A stretch of DNA of 63,211 nucleotides, filler included, from Choristocarpus tenellus KU-1152 (Eukaryota; Protista; Phaeophyceae), in NCBI GenBank assembly GCA_964200185.2. It is 12 parts of 12 records of this genome, joined end to end, with 100 filler letters (N's around TTAATTAATTAA, not from the genome) between each part and the next. Parts side by side here need not be neighbours in the genome. Positions count along the whole stretch, not along the records: positions 12,277 to 20,676 come from CAXNAD020004757.1; positions 20,777 to 24,988 come from CAXNAD020015669.1; positions 25,089 to 30,122 come from CAXNAD020012100.1; 9 more parts are not named here. One strand, 5' to 3'. Every line of letters begins with the position of its first letter. The stretch's first letter is position 1. Positions 12,488 through 25,463 of this stretch are shown in pieces. The position numbers were made by a program, and so were the translations under genes. Under the pieces are notes generated by a model. The model saw nothing but the letters and a program-made list of their open reading frames with translations. It was not told the DNA's origin and did not search any database.

Positions 12488-13161
12488 GACAAGATCATTA
12501 GCGGATATGCATCAATGCTTCGGCATCATAACCCTGGCCTAGCTGCAAGAGTGTATCTGCAGGATGACCATAAGCTACGAGTTTTACGTCCTAAGGATAT
12601 GGATGATGGGACCTCCAGAGTGACATTGCTTCAACGTAGTGCCTCCAAGGTAAAATATTATGTGGTGATGATTTGGTTGGTACTCTGATAGACAACAATA
12701 AGGTCCAAGTTCCTTGCTCTCTACCAAGGCCTTGATCAAAGCTTGTTTTGGAAGTACAGTGAATATTGAAAATATGTACGCCTCCAAATACATCCACCAG
12801 GAGCAAGATGTTGCGATTTTCACGTTTATGTAGAGCACCAGTATTTTTTTTTCTGCAAATCCATTGGAATGTTCAATCATGTTGCAGCAGTACTTTTTAC
12901 TTCAATGCATTGCTCTTTCTTGCCCACAATAATACAATGCAATGTATGTATATCTATGAGTGATACCAATCGATAGATTGAAAAATGTTGGTCTATTTGC
13001 GTTACATGAGTTCCTTTCACCCCAGTGCAATGCACCCCTTTTTTTTTCATACTGTACGGGCACAATTGGAGAATGTCCATAAATACATGCTTTTGTAATT
13101 GCTGAGGATCCTTGCAATGCAACTATGTATACCCTCCACTTGATATGATACATATGTGTGT

Positions 13162-13201
<40 letters not shown>

Positions 13202-14052
13202 ACTTTCCATCTCAATAAATCCTTGCCACCACTGCCCACTCACTTGTTGGTTCCCACGTGTAACTATTCAAGGCGGAGAGCCCCTCTTCCTGTGCTCAGG
13301 CTTTTGCAAAGGAGTGCCCTTCTGCACACAGTCTTTCACCCTCAATCTGCGTGTCTGATGAAGATGGGGGCGATCTCAAACCACAACTAAACACAACAGG
13401 CGATTCTAGTATGATGTCAATATGTAGTACTCCCAGTACAAAGGGAGCTGGTTCTGGCATGGTAAGACTTGATACAAACAGCACAGAGGCGCAGAGACAT
13501 GGGTCAATTGAGGAGGTGGCTCCACCATTTTTCCTCGCCCCTGCTGCTAAAGGAGCTTATGTTCAAGATGGCAATTCGAATCCAGGTCAGGAGCTGAACA
13601 CTATGCCTAACACTGCACAATCTAACCCAGCAGCTCTGGTCGGCCTTGAGACTGCAGATGAGAGAAAGGAAAATGTTGATATCACAAATAAGGGATACAG
13701 TGCTGTAAAGAGACGGGTCCCACGGTTGGTGTCTGTAGTGTCCAAAGGGAAAGAGTTGCAGCCAAAGACAGACATATCTATTGGTGGGCATTCAGACTCC
13801 TCCAGCAGCAGCAGTAGTAGTAAGTTTAGTAGTGACAAACCTGTGCATCTGCGTGGCAGAAGCTCGCAGGGGTTCAGAGCTACACAGTCTACAGAAGGGG
13901 AACAGATAGCAAAAGGGGTACGGGCAACCTATACAAAGCAGTCAAGTAATGGCTCATTTGATCCCTGCAAATTGGGCCTTGGTTCAGGGGAGGAAGATGG
14001 GATTAGCTGTGGTTCCAGCATCATCAATGACCTTTCAGTAGAAGACTTGTGA
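12488..14052 (+). CDS. Last two exons of an uncharacterised protein (Ser/Gly-rich disordered C-terminus)
   Basis: Exon 12488-12649 (DKIISGYASMLRHHNPGLAARVYLQDDHKLRVLRPKD...SASK) joins in phase 0 to 13273-14052 (259 codons plus TGA). Confidence 0.75.
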
Positions 14053-14923
14053 AGTGCTTTGGAAGCAAAACTGTGTACTTGATACACTCGAAATAACTGG
14101 TGATGTTGTTGAATGTTATCGGCAATGAGGGATACCTTTTGGAGATACTCACAGAGCTGTTTTCTGGTGCAAATAGTTAATCAAGTTTTTTCGTACTTAG
14201 AAATCTGTATACTGCTATGGGTTGATGTCACCCTTGCGTTATTCTAGTCCAGTGAATGCTTGTCAAACCCTTGGCCACATTTCAATTGGCATGACCAGCA
14301 AATATCCAAGCACAAGAACATTTCAGGTAAGACCGCCTTAACCTCTCCCATCTTCTCACTGCTCGAAATCTCTTTTTTTCAAAGCTACAAATCACATCGG
14401 TATGAGATACAATACCTTACATTACTTGGTAACCAAAACTACCCCATTGTTGGCAAGGTTAAAAGTTGATGAGTCTACAACCCCACACAGAGTACACTAA
14501 GTATGCCATTTTACACCATGCTACAGTACATGTTGCTGAATCAAACCTAAGGTAGTCGGACATCTCAGACGAAAATGGAGGAACCCTTAACCAGAGCTAA
14601 CTGGTGGCCATTCTTACAATTTACAATAGAGCGTACTTCATGGGCTGCATATTAGTACACATCGAAGTTACTCCATTTTGGTGCTTCATCCCTTGATCTA
14701 TTTCCCAGTAGAGCCATGTACACACAGTAGCTGATCGCCCCAGGGACTCTCTTCTCTGCTGACAAGCTCTCCCCACCTCTTGCCAGGCATTGTACTTCAA
14801 AAATGTACATCTTCAGGCTCTTCATGATGCTAATGAATGTTGACTTTGACTTTTGCACAGCCTTGAATCTCAGTCTTCACAACTTTGCTTAGAGTTCGTT
14901 CAAAATTGCCTGGATGCTGCAGC

Positions 14924-17900
14924 TTACACCAGTCCACTCTCCATGGGAGGCAGATTGGGAGTGCTCTGTGACACTCTCAACCTACTGTCGCTGCAAGGTG
15001 GTGTTAGTGGCTCACAGTTAGAGGTGGAGCTTGCATTGAATAGGCGAAAACATTATGTTAGGTTTTGCAGTCGTTTTTTTTGACATAAAATCAGAACAAT
15101 ATTAATTCGCTGTTCACCCATAAACCTAATTCTCAGGTGACTAACTGTGACTCGTTTACCTCAGTAGGGATAATCTAAAATTCAACCCTTGTACTTGGAG
15201 GCCAATAAACATGTTGTGCTGATTTCTAACACTAACCCCAAGTACAATATATCTATACTATTGAAAGGAAACTACCAATACTTTCATTACTGCTAGCACA
15301 CCTAAAATACAGCATTAAAATGTTGACTCACTTGCCCTTGACCTTCTCATTCCCTGCAGGTGATATTTCATCAAGCTTGACTCGACCACTTCTTGGGGTT
15401 GATGGGGTGTCGTCGAGAATAGCTGGGGCAGAGGTAGAGGCACCCAGGGGCTTGAGCTTTTGCATGAGGAGTGCTACCTATTTTGTGACACAGAAGATGG
15501 GTAAGGATGTTGTAATGTTGAGCACAAGAGAGTCAAAGCCTTTAAGAGGGTACGAGTCTTGCCCTCTTTGTCCATTCGGGGCCTTTGCTTCCCACTGGTT
15601 TTTATGCCCTTTTTCGGCCTTCTGTGTAAACAAAGTTACCTAAAGTATACAACTATGAAAGGTGTGCCAGAGGAAGGATATTGACTCTTGCTAACAAACG
15701 CGATAGCCAAAAGTAATCAAAATTGCAACTTTGGATTGGCAACCCCAAACGGATGTGGCTCTACCATCTTAAATCCTTTGGGTCAGACTTAGATGGGCAA
15801 GTGGATATTAACCCTGCTATTGGGGTGAGGATAAAGCATCTCCAATTATATGGCAATGGCCTATTGAGAGAGGTCAAAATTGTGCTTTGAAACTTGCTAA
15901 CCCAAGGAATCACTTCATGACACACACACACACATAGAGAGAAACAGAGAGAGATATATGATAGCCTACTTGGAGGTACCCTGCATTTGGAGTGGCTGAT
16001 TGTCCATGTCACAAGCAAGAGCATACCTTACTGCTTGTATATCTGTGGGGACAACACTTCACATCACCTCGTTGACATAACCAATGGCCTCTGAGCTCAA
16101 ACGGTGAGCGTTGATACTGTTGGCCTTGAACTCGGCTTGCTTTGCCAAGAATTGTTCATAGTAGGAATGTCTTTTTTGGGACTTGGTGAAATCGGGCTGG
16201 TCCACGATGTTTTCAGGGGGGTTGGCCAGCTAAGGAGTAACAGAGCCGTGGGGTGATAGGGGAGTTCGGAACTGAGCAACATGGCTCTGCTGTAGATTGC
16301 AGTTGTGAGACATCATGCAATCGTGGAAAAATTGGTCAACTGGATTGCATGATGATGTTTGGTATGATGCGCTTTGTTGGATACTTCTTCCTCTTATGTT
16401 GATCAGCTGACATTATTCAGGTACAGTGCCACTGACCTATTCCGAACAGCCATGCAGAGGGTTGAGCTACTCTCATCACTCTCACATACTGCACATTTGT
16501 GTGAAGAATTAAACCCTTCTGCAACCAGAAGAATTTCACAATAAATGTTTACAATTCTCTGGTGCTATATTTTACACTTTTACTCTTGCTGTTACACAGA
16601 TTACGGGTTTTTAGGAGTTGTACACGAAATCCTCTTGCTCGTAACTCATGGAACCTATACCAAACATGGTTGTGGAATGTTGAGCATCTGTGTGTACAGC
16701 CTACCAGGAGAGTGTCCCACTTGTCAAACGTCGTGCGCATCATTCCTGGCCGATGCTCTGCAGCAAATTTTCCAGCTGCAGACTCATTGATTTCACCAAT
16801 AGAGCCCTGGGAGATTGATGACATGCATTTTAATGGTGCGCGCCATTGGAAAGTTGCAGTATAGTGGAGGGTGTGGAGTAAAAGAAAGATAGCGCGAAAA
16901 TTAGGAGGCTCATCAAGGGCTGTGTTGAAATAGCAAAGGGTACAACTCTTCACCCATTGGAAGTTATGTGGTAAGTGTCTCTTGATATGAAGGAGGTAAG
17001 GGTGGAGGATATAGAGGAAGGGTTTCCATGAATATTACTCCAATATGGCAATCAAGTCATTAGATGATATTTGATCCACATGGCAGTTCTCCTTCTGTTT
17101 CAAGTGGAGCAAAAGGGAATTTGGCCCAGGATGGATAAATATCACCATAAGAATGTATACAAACCTCATGGAGTACAAAGACATTGTTACTCAATAATGA
17201 ATGAATATCGTTGCATCACTGATCTATACAAAGGAGGAGAAGAATATATATCACAGTAACATATACATGGAAACAAAAAGTATATAATAATAACAATAAT
17301 GTTTTTCTGACATTTGAAAGTGGTGGTAGTTCACTCAAGCCAACCTCAATTTCTTTCCCCTCCCCTCCTTCAGTCCCAGTGGGTAGTCCTGGGTTCACAG
17401 GCACTTCGGGTTGCAGGAGATCAGGCTGTAGCAAATTCCCGTACATGTCAGGCATGCAGAGATGATTCAAGAGATAATCAGAAATATAACCCATGTGGGC
17501 CTCCTCATGATGTCGTTTACTCTGAGCCCCTAGAGCCTGCGCAAACGAACCGTGGGAGTGTGGGGGTGTACGAGCACCTTTCTTGAGTGAGAATGTACGG
17601 TACAAACATATTACATTCCACTTCTCATGGTTGTAGGTACAGCATGGTTGCAGGACAGCAACTGTACAAAAAAAAGGTGCAGTTGTAGTGGGTATCAATC
17701 TACCCAAACGGAAATGGGTGGGAAAGTATGTAGAATACTCACTTGACTCCTGCCAAGATAGAGAGACTCTTGGCGTAGGGGTCACTTGACAACGATCAAT
17801 ATTGCAACCAATAGAAACATTCAGTAGCCCAGATCGAACCAATATAATATACTTTCCTCATCCACGCAGTTATTACTGGTGTCTATTATCAGTTATTACT

Positions 17901-18515
17901 GCAATCTGGAATTATTGGCATTGCTTTTTCCAGCTGTGTATGAGCATGCACCTCGATGTACTAACCTCAGATGTTATCGATTCTTTCTTGGTTTTATCAA
18001 ACCCTATGGGAGGCCTCTGTATGTCTTCCTTGATCTCCAATGCCTTGACGCGGTCAACAAGGGCTTCCTCTGGCACAGAAATCTGAAGGGAGATAGATTT
18101 AGCATATGGATGTGTTTATGTTAGCCTACAGAAAATTGAAGTTCAACCTGAGGTAGGGAGATGAGGGGTCTCAGGCAGCTGGATTGGAGGTGGGGGATGT
18201 TAGGCTCAGATTCAAGGAAAGGCTTAGGGATAGGGATAGTGCTAGAGCTAGTTTCAGGGATAGGATAAGGATAAGGGTTCGACATGTGGCCTGAGTCTAA
18301 GTGTATTGTGAGGTAAGTCCGAGTTGAGTCTAACCAACCTTGGATGGATCGATGAAAATCACAGGGTATGCTTCCTGCTTTGCCGTGTCAAAGGTGCTGA
18401 CAGCAATGAAACCTTCTTTAGCGTTGAGCTGGATCACCACCTGGATGAGGTCTTGGGTTCTGCAGAATTTGAGAGAAGTGGTGCAAGTTTTTCTCACTTG
18501 CAAAAGTGTTTGCAT
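14924..18515 (-). CDS. Apparently complete 7-exon gene, ~317-aa uncharacterised protein
   Basis: Exons 18515-18339, 18082-17966, 17536-17345, 16806-16705, 16229-16068, 15477-15332, 14981-14924. All GT-AG, phase-compatible and stop-free: MQTLLQVRKTCTTSLKFCRTQDLIQVVI...YISDYLLNHL...DKWDTLLLANPPENI...STPNLPPMESGLV*. Confidence 0.8.
15530..15784. mobile_element. MITE family B (old copy, intronic)
   Basis: Termini GAGTCAAAG..TAAGAGGGTA and TACCATCTTA..CTTTGGGTC; TSD AGA/AGA; internal homology to 19997-20268. Confidence 0.8.
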
Positions 18516-19826
18516 CAATTTTGACAGAAGGCTCGTTTAGGAGTGTTTCAGATTACCTTGGACATATTACAGCATAAGACATATCACAGCTAGAACGTGA
18601 ATAATCGTGGAGACCAGTATTGTTGAACTATTGAAGATCTGCCTGTGATACTGAACCTGTTGGACATATTTTCTGTGCAACCTCCCCTATGTCAAGATAG
18701 TGCCCTCTTCGCAGGGTGTGAGGACACAGGGCCTGTAAATACTCCTGTGATTGTGCCTGTTGTAGTCATATCAGCACTGCATTGAAAAGCGCCTATGCCA
18801 GATGAAGGAAGTGAGGCGGAGTATGTATGGACGACAAAACCTCAGGGTTGGTGTTAAGGAAAGTGTGGTATTTCCATTCCATCCTACAGTATTCTTTTAA
18901 CCACCCTAACCACATTGATCAAATAGGCTGAAGTAGAAACAAGGATATTGCATATTTCTGAATGGCTCAACAGAAGGCTCTTTCCCTTGGAAAAAGAGGA
19001 CACTGAACCTTGAAGGATCAAGAATGACCTTACACCATAAATGACACTGTACATTTTCACACATTTAATTCATTGTGCCATATTGGGAGTGTGGTCAAGC
19101 TTTTTTTGGTGAAGACTTACAACGGGAAATGATGAGATTAGTACTTGGTCTATATCATGCAAGTGGTTAGATCGCATCAAATTGTGTCATTGTATAATGA
19201 GGAAAGAAAAGGCCCCCTAGGAGACTCTTCTTCTCTGGGAGTACTTGGCAGCACATTGAGGAAGTTTCAGGATATAAGACACCGTTTCACCTCCAAAAGA
19301 ACTTCTCTCCCTTGAAGACAGTCTTGCCTAGACTTATGCAACCGTGGGTACCTCTGGCAGCGTGAGCGGGAGAAGGTGGCCTAATTGCTTCATTGGCCAT
19401 GTCCTGTGCAGCCTTCTCAATCTCTCTGTTGTGGAGAAATGTGTTGATTGGTTGTCAAGGTGTTACGAACGAAAGGTAAATTGGATTAGGGTTAGAGTGA
19501 CATATGAGAATGTAGGGATTGGTTCTCTTACTGACAACTGATCTGTACACCAGAGCGGGGAGATGTCACCTGGAAGTACTCAATGACATGATTTTTTCCT
19601 TATGTTGAAATTCATGGTGGAGTACTATTGAAAAGGAGAGTGATGACATAGTGCAGGATGAGGCCGAGAGACAAAAAAAAGAGGGTTAGAAGTAGAATTT
19701 GAATTCGAACAACTATATTGTAAATCAAAGACTCCACAAGGAGTTTTTCATATTATCACCACACAAAATTTGACTCTTCATATCGTTCCAATGGTTTGGC
19801 CGAGGGGACCTCTGTATGCCTGTTTG

Positions 19827-20377
19827 CTACTGCCCATGTAGATAGACAATTCTTGCAAGACAGGGAGGCAAAGGTATCTCCAGTTGATCGGAATTGAATT
19901 TTCCATCCACAACAGCATGCTCATCTCGACCACTGTACGGAAAATCAGGCACAGAGCAATATGCCATAGATGTTACAACAGTGTTCGCCAGGGTGAGAGT
20001 GAAAGTATCTTAGAGGGTACAAGTTTTGCCCTATTTGTCGATTTGGGGCTTGGCTTCCCATAGGGCTTTTTAGTAACATTTTCTTACTCCAATATGTTTT
20101 GGAGTAGGTAAAAGTGTGTGTGTTATGAAAAGATGTGTCCGGAACACGGATACTGACACTTCCTAACTAACATGATAGTCAAAATTACATCAAAATTACA
20201 TCAAAATTGCAACATTGGATTTTGCTCCACAAATGGACGTGCCCCTACCCTCTGAGATAATTTGACTCTGTCATCACTAAGGATAACTTGTTAACCTCAC
20301 CGGTGGAAGTCAGTCCCTTGGGCACCGCCAATGATCCCCCTCCTGGCTCTTTCTGCTTTCCACGTCACAGAAGGGAT
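19827..20377 (-). CDS. Last two exons of an uncharacterised gene
   Basis: Exons 20377-20301 and 19932-19827 join in phase 2: IPSVTWKAERARRGIIGGAQGTDFHRGRDEHAVVDGKFNSDQLEIPLPPCLARIVYLHGQ*. The intron holds a family-B MITE. Confidence 0.6.
19997..20268. mobile_element. MITE family B (~260-270 bp)
   Basis: TIRs GAGTGAAAGTATCTTAGAGGGTA and TACCCTCTGAGATAATTTGACTC; flanks TGA/TGT (one mismatch). Confidence 0.88.
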
Positions 20378-20589
20378 CTAAAAGAACATGAAGTTGAAGG
20401 AGAACTTAGAGCTGGTGATTTTGGTAGAAAACTTGACGAGGACTAAGGATAATGGGTAATTGCTTGCTGTACAGTCTATGGGTAAGTTGTTTTTTTTCCT
20501 AAGCACTTCAAGAATTTTTATAAATGTCTTTGTCCAAAATATGCCAACAGTGCAGCTTAGGAGGGTCATAGGCTGTGGTTGGAGTTGCT

Positions 20590-20676
20590 GGCTCAAAGTA
20601 TCTGGCGAGGGGGGTGGCGGCTGTCCATTTGGGGCCCATTTTTCCATGTCGCAATTTTTGTGTGATTTGGTTGCAT
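20590..20676. mobile_element. MITE family A, truncated by the contig end
   Basis: Begins GGCTCAAAGTATCTGG; matches 30992-31080. Confidence 0.85.
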
Positions 20677-21078
20677 NNNNNNNNNNNNNNNNNNNNNNNN
20701 NNNNNNNNNNNNNNNNNNNNTTAATTAATTAANNNNNNNNNNNNNNNNNNNNNNNNNNNNNNNNNNNNNNNNNNNNATGCCCATGGGTGAACAAAATCGG
20801 GGTAGGTTTTGTATGTAGTTGAGCGGTTACCTCTTCGCATTCTACCACGGTAGAGCGATGATTCGAACCCCTGTTGCAGAGTTCAGGCTTTCTTGAGAAG
20901 ATTTGACTTCCACCAACATGACAAGTAAGTGGACTAGGAGGGTACACCTGGTCCTTGCGACCTTTCACAAACAACAAAAAGGGATACGCGGAAAGGTCTG
21001 GATGGTGGTGGCATAGATTCCTTTCGGACAGACAGAATACACACCAGATTCGAGGAAGAAGATGGAGGGACGAGTGGT

Positions 21079-21184
21079 TGGATGGCTGGGATGACTAAAG
21101 ATGGCTAAAGCCAACATACAACAAGAAATCATGGATGGCTGGGATAGCTGAAGATGGCTAGAGTCAACACACAACAAGAAATCA
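21079..21184. repeat. Tandem duplication of a ~52-bp unit
   Basis: GGATGGCTGGGAT..AAGATGGCTARAGYCAACAYACAACAAGAAATCA occurs twice. Confidence 0.85.
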
Positions 21185-21619
21185 AAGGCTTCCCACAGGG
21201 CAGTGCAATAAGTTGTAGCACAATAACTAGTTTTGTAGCACAGCACGAAATTCGTAGGGTAGAAGAGATCGTGCGGTATGCATTGCCATCTGACCACGGG
21301 TTAAAGGGTTAGGTTGGGTAAGTTCCCAGACTATAGGTGAGAAGATAGAGTATATTAATACCGTTTTGGTGGTGATTGATCGAGAATGGACAGATCCAGG
21401 TATATCTCCCAGGAGGTGTGGGGTAGATGAGATACAAATTGAGGCGTTACAGAAAGTTAAATATAGACGGTAATAAAAATCTTTGGGGTGAGCTTGATCA
21501 TACTCGATTCATTACTTGTGGCACAATATTTAATTAATAGTTTGATTCACGATATGTTTCTGCTCAAGAATTCTGCTCAAGAGTTTTGAATTGGTTGTTG
21601 TCAAGTCAACACAAATTAT

Positions 21620-24100
21620 TGTGTCACACACCTCCACCCATCTCGAACCAGAAGGTTGCACCATTGTCTTCAGGTCTGTGGCAGGCCTGTTAGTGCGTGT
21701 AAACATTAATCTCCCCCCCACCTCATATGCCACCAATGGGGCATCTGTCAGTAGATTAGGAGAAGCGCAAAGCATTTCAAAATCAGATCAACTGCTCCGC
21801 CCGTTCACCATCCACACTGCACCTAAGTCCTGTTTGCACGCACCCTTGTAACGACCGAACCCCCCCGTTGTCAGTACGACTTTGATTCGATGAATTGCAC
21901 TTCAACCTGTCAGCCGCTTCCCTGTCCTACCAGCTCCATTGGTTCCCTCCACCCCCCACAAAAGGTCCCCATGCCAAACAAGGCTCCTTGTTCACCAATC
22001 CATTCTCGTACACCTTGCACATCAGAAAGTAAGATAACACCAAATCTATCAATGACACATTTTCTGGGGCATCTGAGTCTGCTCCACAACTCTAACCCTT
22101 TCAGAATCATCGGTCATGACAGGAGCATCCCTACCATTGTTCATCCCATAATCTTCCCATGAACGCACTTGATCCCCTTCACTGCAGATCTCAGGAACAT
22201 ATGACCCGTTGATAACTGCTAACATCCAAGTACCTTGCGGAAATACTGAATGGCCGACAATTTACCCCACACCATTCCCGATCTATTCTCCTTTGCACAA
22301 CACAAATCCCAATAAACTTTGCTAATTCCATTACTGCGCTCTCCACTCCCTCTGGCTCCTGAAACCAGCACCCCTTGTCCTAAGTACGACGTCACATTGC
22401 TCATGCTCTCCACTAGTGCTTGTACTTTTGCAGAGAAATTGGTTCAGTAGACCATCCAGTGACCTGGATTGTAAGGTAAGAGAGAAAGATATCACCCCTT
22501 TCACTCCCAAATCCTGTTCCAACCAGCGCATGGAGGGGTCCAGATGTGTCAGCCGTGATCCACGAACACCCTCAGGCCACCTCGAAGTACAACCTGGCAA
22601 TTCATTCATTTTCCCAGCACGTGTTTCATCACATGACACTATACCCCCTTCCACCTCAGCACATCCCAATGCCCTCATCAGTGCACCCGTTTGGGGCTTT
22701 CTGACCACCCCACACCAATTCACCAATGTTGCCGAAAACACGTTATTACCTCTCATCACTGTATCCCCTTGCGTACGAGGTCTGGCAGGATGCAAAATCG
22801 TCAATACCTAGGCCATGACTACCATGCATATCAAATAAAAATAAACTGATCATAATATGTGGCAATGACACACCTCTCTTTGATCCCCGTTAACATCCTC
22901 GAACTCGCACCGGATCACCAATACCTTGTGGCTACCCAGCGGATATGGGTATCAAAAAGCACCAGCATAGATTCCCCTGTTACGAACAGTTTGTCCTGAA
23001 TTACCCACTTCTACCAACCAAGGTCTGCCATGTAATTCTGGCCCAGTCTAAATTCATGAATTTGGTGGTTACCATTGGACCACCTCTCTGCTTTAGTATC
23101 TGATCTGCTGAGCCTCAACAGGTGCCTTACGAAAAATCACCTCCCACTCGCACAATTTATGCCATATTCCAGATCTTACCTGCGAAAAATATTATTTATT
23201 TGGCTGTAGCTATCGTAACTTCTACTGACCACAAATTGAGCATCTCCTTTAGATGAGCTACTTTTTTGCCAGTACTACTGAATGTATTTTGTGGATATGT
23301 AAATGTCATCCAAACCACATCATCCACAGCATCCTAGTCCATACTTTTTTTACTATTGAGTCAAGGTATCTTAGAGGGTCTAGCCACGTCTATTTGGGGG
23401 TCAAAATCCAATTTTGCGATTTTGATGTAATTTTTGCTATCGGGTTTGTTAGGAAGTGCCAATATCCTTGTTCCGGACACGCCTTTTCGCACTGTATAAA
23501 TTTTGCCTACTCTGAAACATTTTGGAGCAGGAAAATGTCACAAGAAAAAACATAGGAACCCCAAGTCCCAAATGGATAAACAGGGAAAAACTCGTCCCTC
23601 CAAGATACTTTCACTCATTAAGATAGTTTTCTCTCCGGGATCTACTCATCCGAATGACCGGACATAGTCAGAGGCAATGAATTGCGACGCCAGCAAACAT
23701 AACCTCCATCAAAAATGCTAGGTCTTGGCCGTAATTAAACCATCCACATATGCTCTTACCAAAAAAAGATCATCAAAATCCCCTGATTATTGTCGAGACA
23801 ACTTGGCACTACCAGGGATTGTAACTGGATCTCCCTCGTCCCTCTCCTAAACCTGTACATACATGTAATCATCCACTTCTTTGATAATCTGTGCATTAAC
23901 AGCAGGAGTGTTTTGGTGGGAATGCCCAGGACCCTCCACGAAACGCGGAGAAATTCGCCATCAGAATATTGAACCATCGTTTACCACATTGTACTGTCCC
24001 ATCGCATGCTAAGGCTCGTACCTGGTCTGGATCTACTCTTTCATGATAGAAGGCCTCAGGCACATTGCTCTTGGCGATCAAGTACGAGCCTTAGCTATAT
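21620..24100 (-). mobile_element. Decayed DIRS-order (DIRS/Ngaro-type) tyrosine-recombinase retrotransposon: RT, RNase H, YR
   Basis: Minus-strand fragments in order. RT: FFLVRAYVDGLI (YVDD-like), LASQFIASDYVRSFG, KVAHLKEMLNLW..ATAK, AGKIWNMA. RNase H: YMADLGW*KW, YW*SGAS, MVVMA..GDTVMRGNN..LVNWCG..ALMRALG..GKMNEL..SRW. YR: GKLSAIQYF, LRSAVKGIK, SKSY*QRGGSVVTR, DAPLVAY. Many stops and frameshifts. Confidence 0.78.
23358..23616. mobile_element. MITE family B inserted in the DIRS RT region
   Basis: TIRs GAGTCAAGGTATCTTAGAGGG and CCCTCCAAGATACTTTCACTC; perfect ATT/ATT TSD. Confidence 0.92.
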
Positions 24101-25088
24101 GATTGACAATATGTTAATTAAATCTGAACAGTCTGGCAAGCCCACCCCTTTTACTTATGCGCAGCTCATCCTTCTACATGGGCACAGTCTCTCCCTGTGC
24201 CCTTGTTCCCAGCGCAGCTTTGCCCTCGAGACAAAGTATCTTAGAGGGTATGTTGAAACCTGAATCGAACGCATCGTACATGTAAGCAAAATGCGTAGAC
24301 TACGAGCGATGAGGAATTATAGTGTTGCATTGCACCAATGAGTGATATGTGTAGTCTATGTTCTGGATAGGTGTGATTGTGCTGCAAAGCACCGATGTAT
24401 TTTTTCTGTTGTAACTGAGGTCATTGATTTCTCAGTCAAGAATGATGCGATCTAAGTTCTGTATACCTGGTTGCTCAATACAGAATGATGTGATGTATAT
24501 TCAGTGTTCTTTCATGTGATACTCAACGAAAGAAGTCCATGCTCTGTGGAGAGGTTTGTTACCTTGGCTGGCAAGGGTTTCCGCGGAAGGTTTTAACTCT
24601 GATTATGTTACACCCATGTGGGTGTTTGGTAGACAGTTTGCAGAGTGACTTTGGTGTAATTTGAGGGATCAATGGCAGTCACGAAATATATAATAATCAA
24701 CCATCAACGTACAACTGTTATCTTCTGATGATAAGAAGAAAGAGTGAAAGGAAAAAGAACAAGAGGACAAGAGGACAAGAGAACAAGAGAACAAAATTGA
24801 GCTAGTATGTGATGCAACTCAAGTGACGTATACTATACTATACTATTTGTGTGGAACGCAGAGCGACTATTCTGTACCAAGCTGTTCTGATTGTAGTTGA
24901 TGTGGTGATGGCGAACTAGTGAAAGTAATAATGAAGGACAAAGAACAGCTTGATGTAGATGAACAATATTAGAAATACAAGGGCCTTGNNNNNNNNNNNN
25001 NNNNNNNNNNNNNNNNNNNNNNNNNNNNNNNNTTAATTAATTAANNNNNNNNNNNNNNNNNNNNNNNNNNNNNNNNNNNNNNNNNNNN

Positions 25089-25175
25089 GTGAAATGTCAG
25101 CAAAAATATGAGTTGTCTGACTGAAACGGACGCCCCCTCACAAACCACCCCCCACCCCTCCAGATACTTTGACCC
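25089..25175. mobile_element. Terminus of a family-A-related MITE at the contig start
   Basis: Ends CCCCTCCAGATACTTTGACCC, the family-A TIR; internal sequence divergent. Confidence 0.65.
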
Positions 25176-25381
25176 ATTCCTCCCTCCCTTCTCCCTACCT
25201 CACTACTACCTCACAACTGAACCTAGCCTCGAGGTGCACACATACCTACGCATAATTTGATACTTGATCTAATAACCAACGCCCCTGCTTCAATTCTTTT
25301 GTTGTATCCACTTCCGTCTGTGTTTGGGCATTCGCATTTGTGTGCTTTTGTGCATGTGCTTGTGCTTTTTTGCCCTACCAG

Positions 25382-25463
25382 GGCCCTGGGGGATGAACAG
25401 AGGAAGGAGGTTGTTGATATCTTGCGTGCTGCTGGAGTCCGGGCAAGCCTGCGTGTGTACTGA
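25382..25463 (+). CDS. Probable terminal exon of an unknown gene
   Basis: Pyrimidine-rich acceptor CTACCAG, then (R)ALGDEQRKEVVDILRAAGVRASLRVY*. Confidence 0.5.

Noticed and set aside
23640-23760. Gypsy integrase zinc finger (DYVRS-like motif)
   Set aside because: The context (YVDG upstream, DIRS RNase H and YR downstream) places it in a DIRS-type RT.
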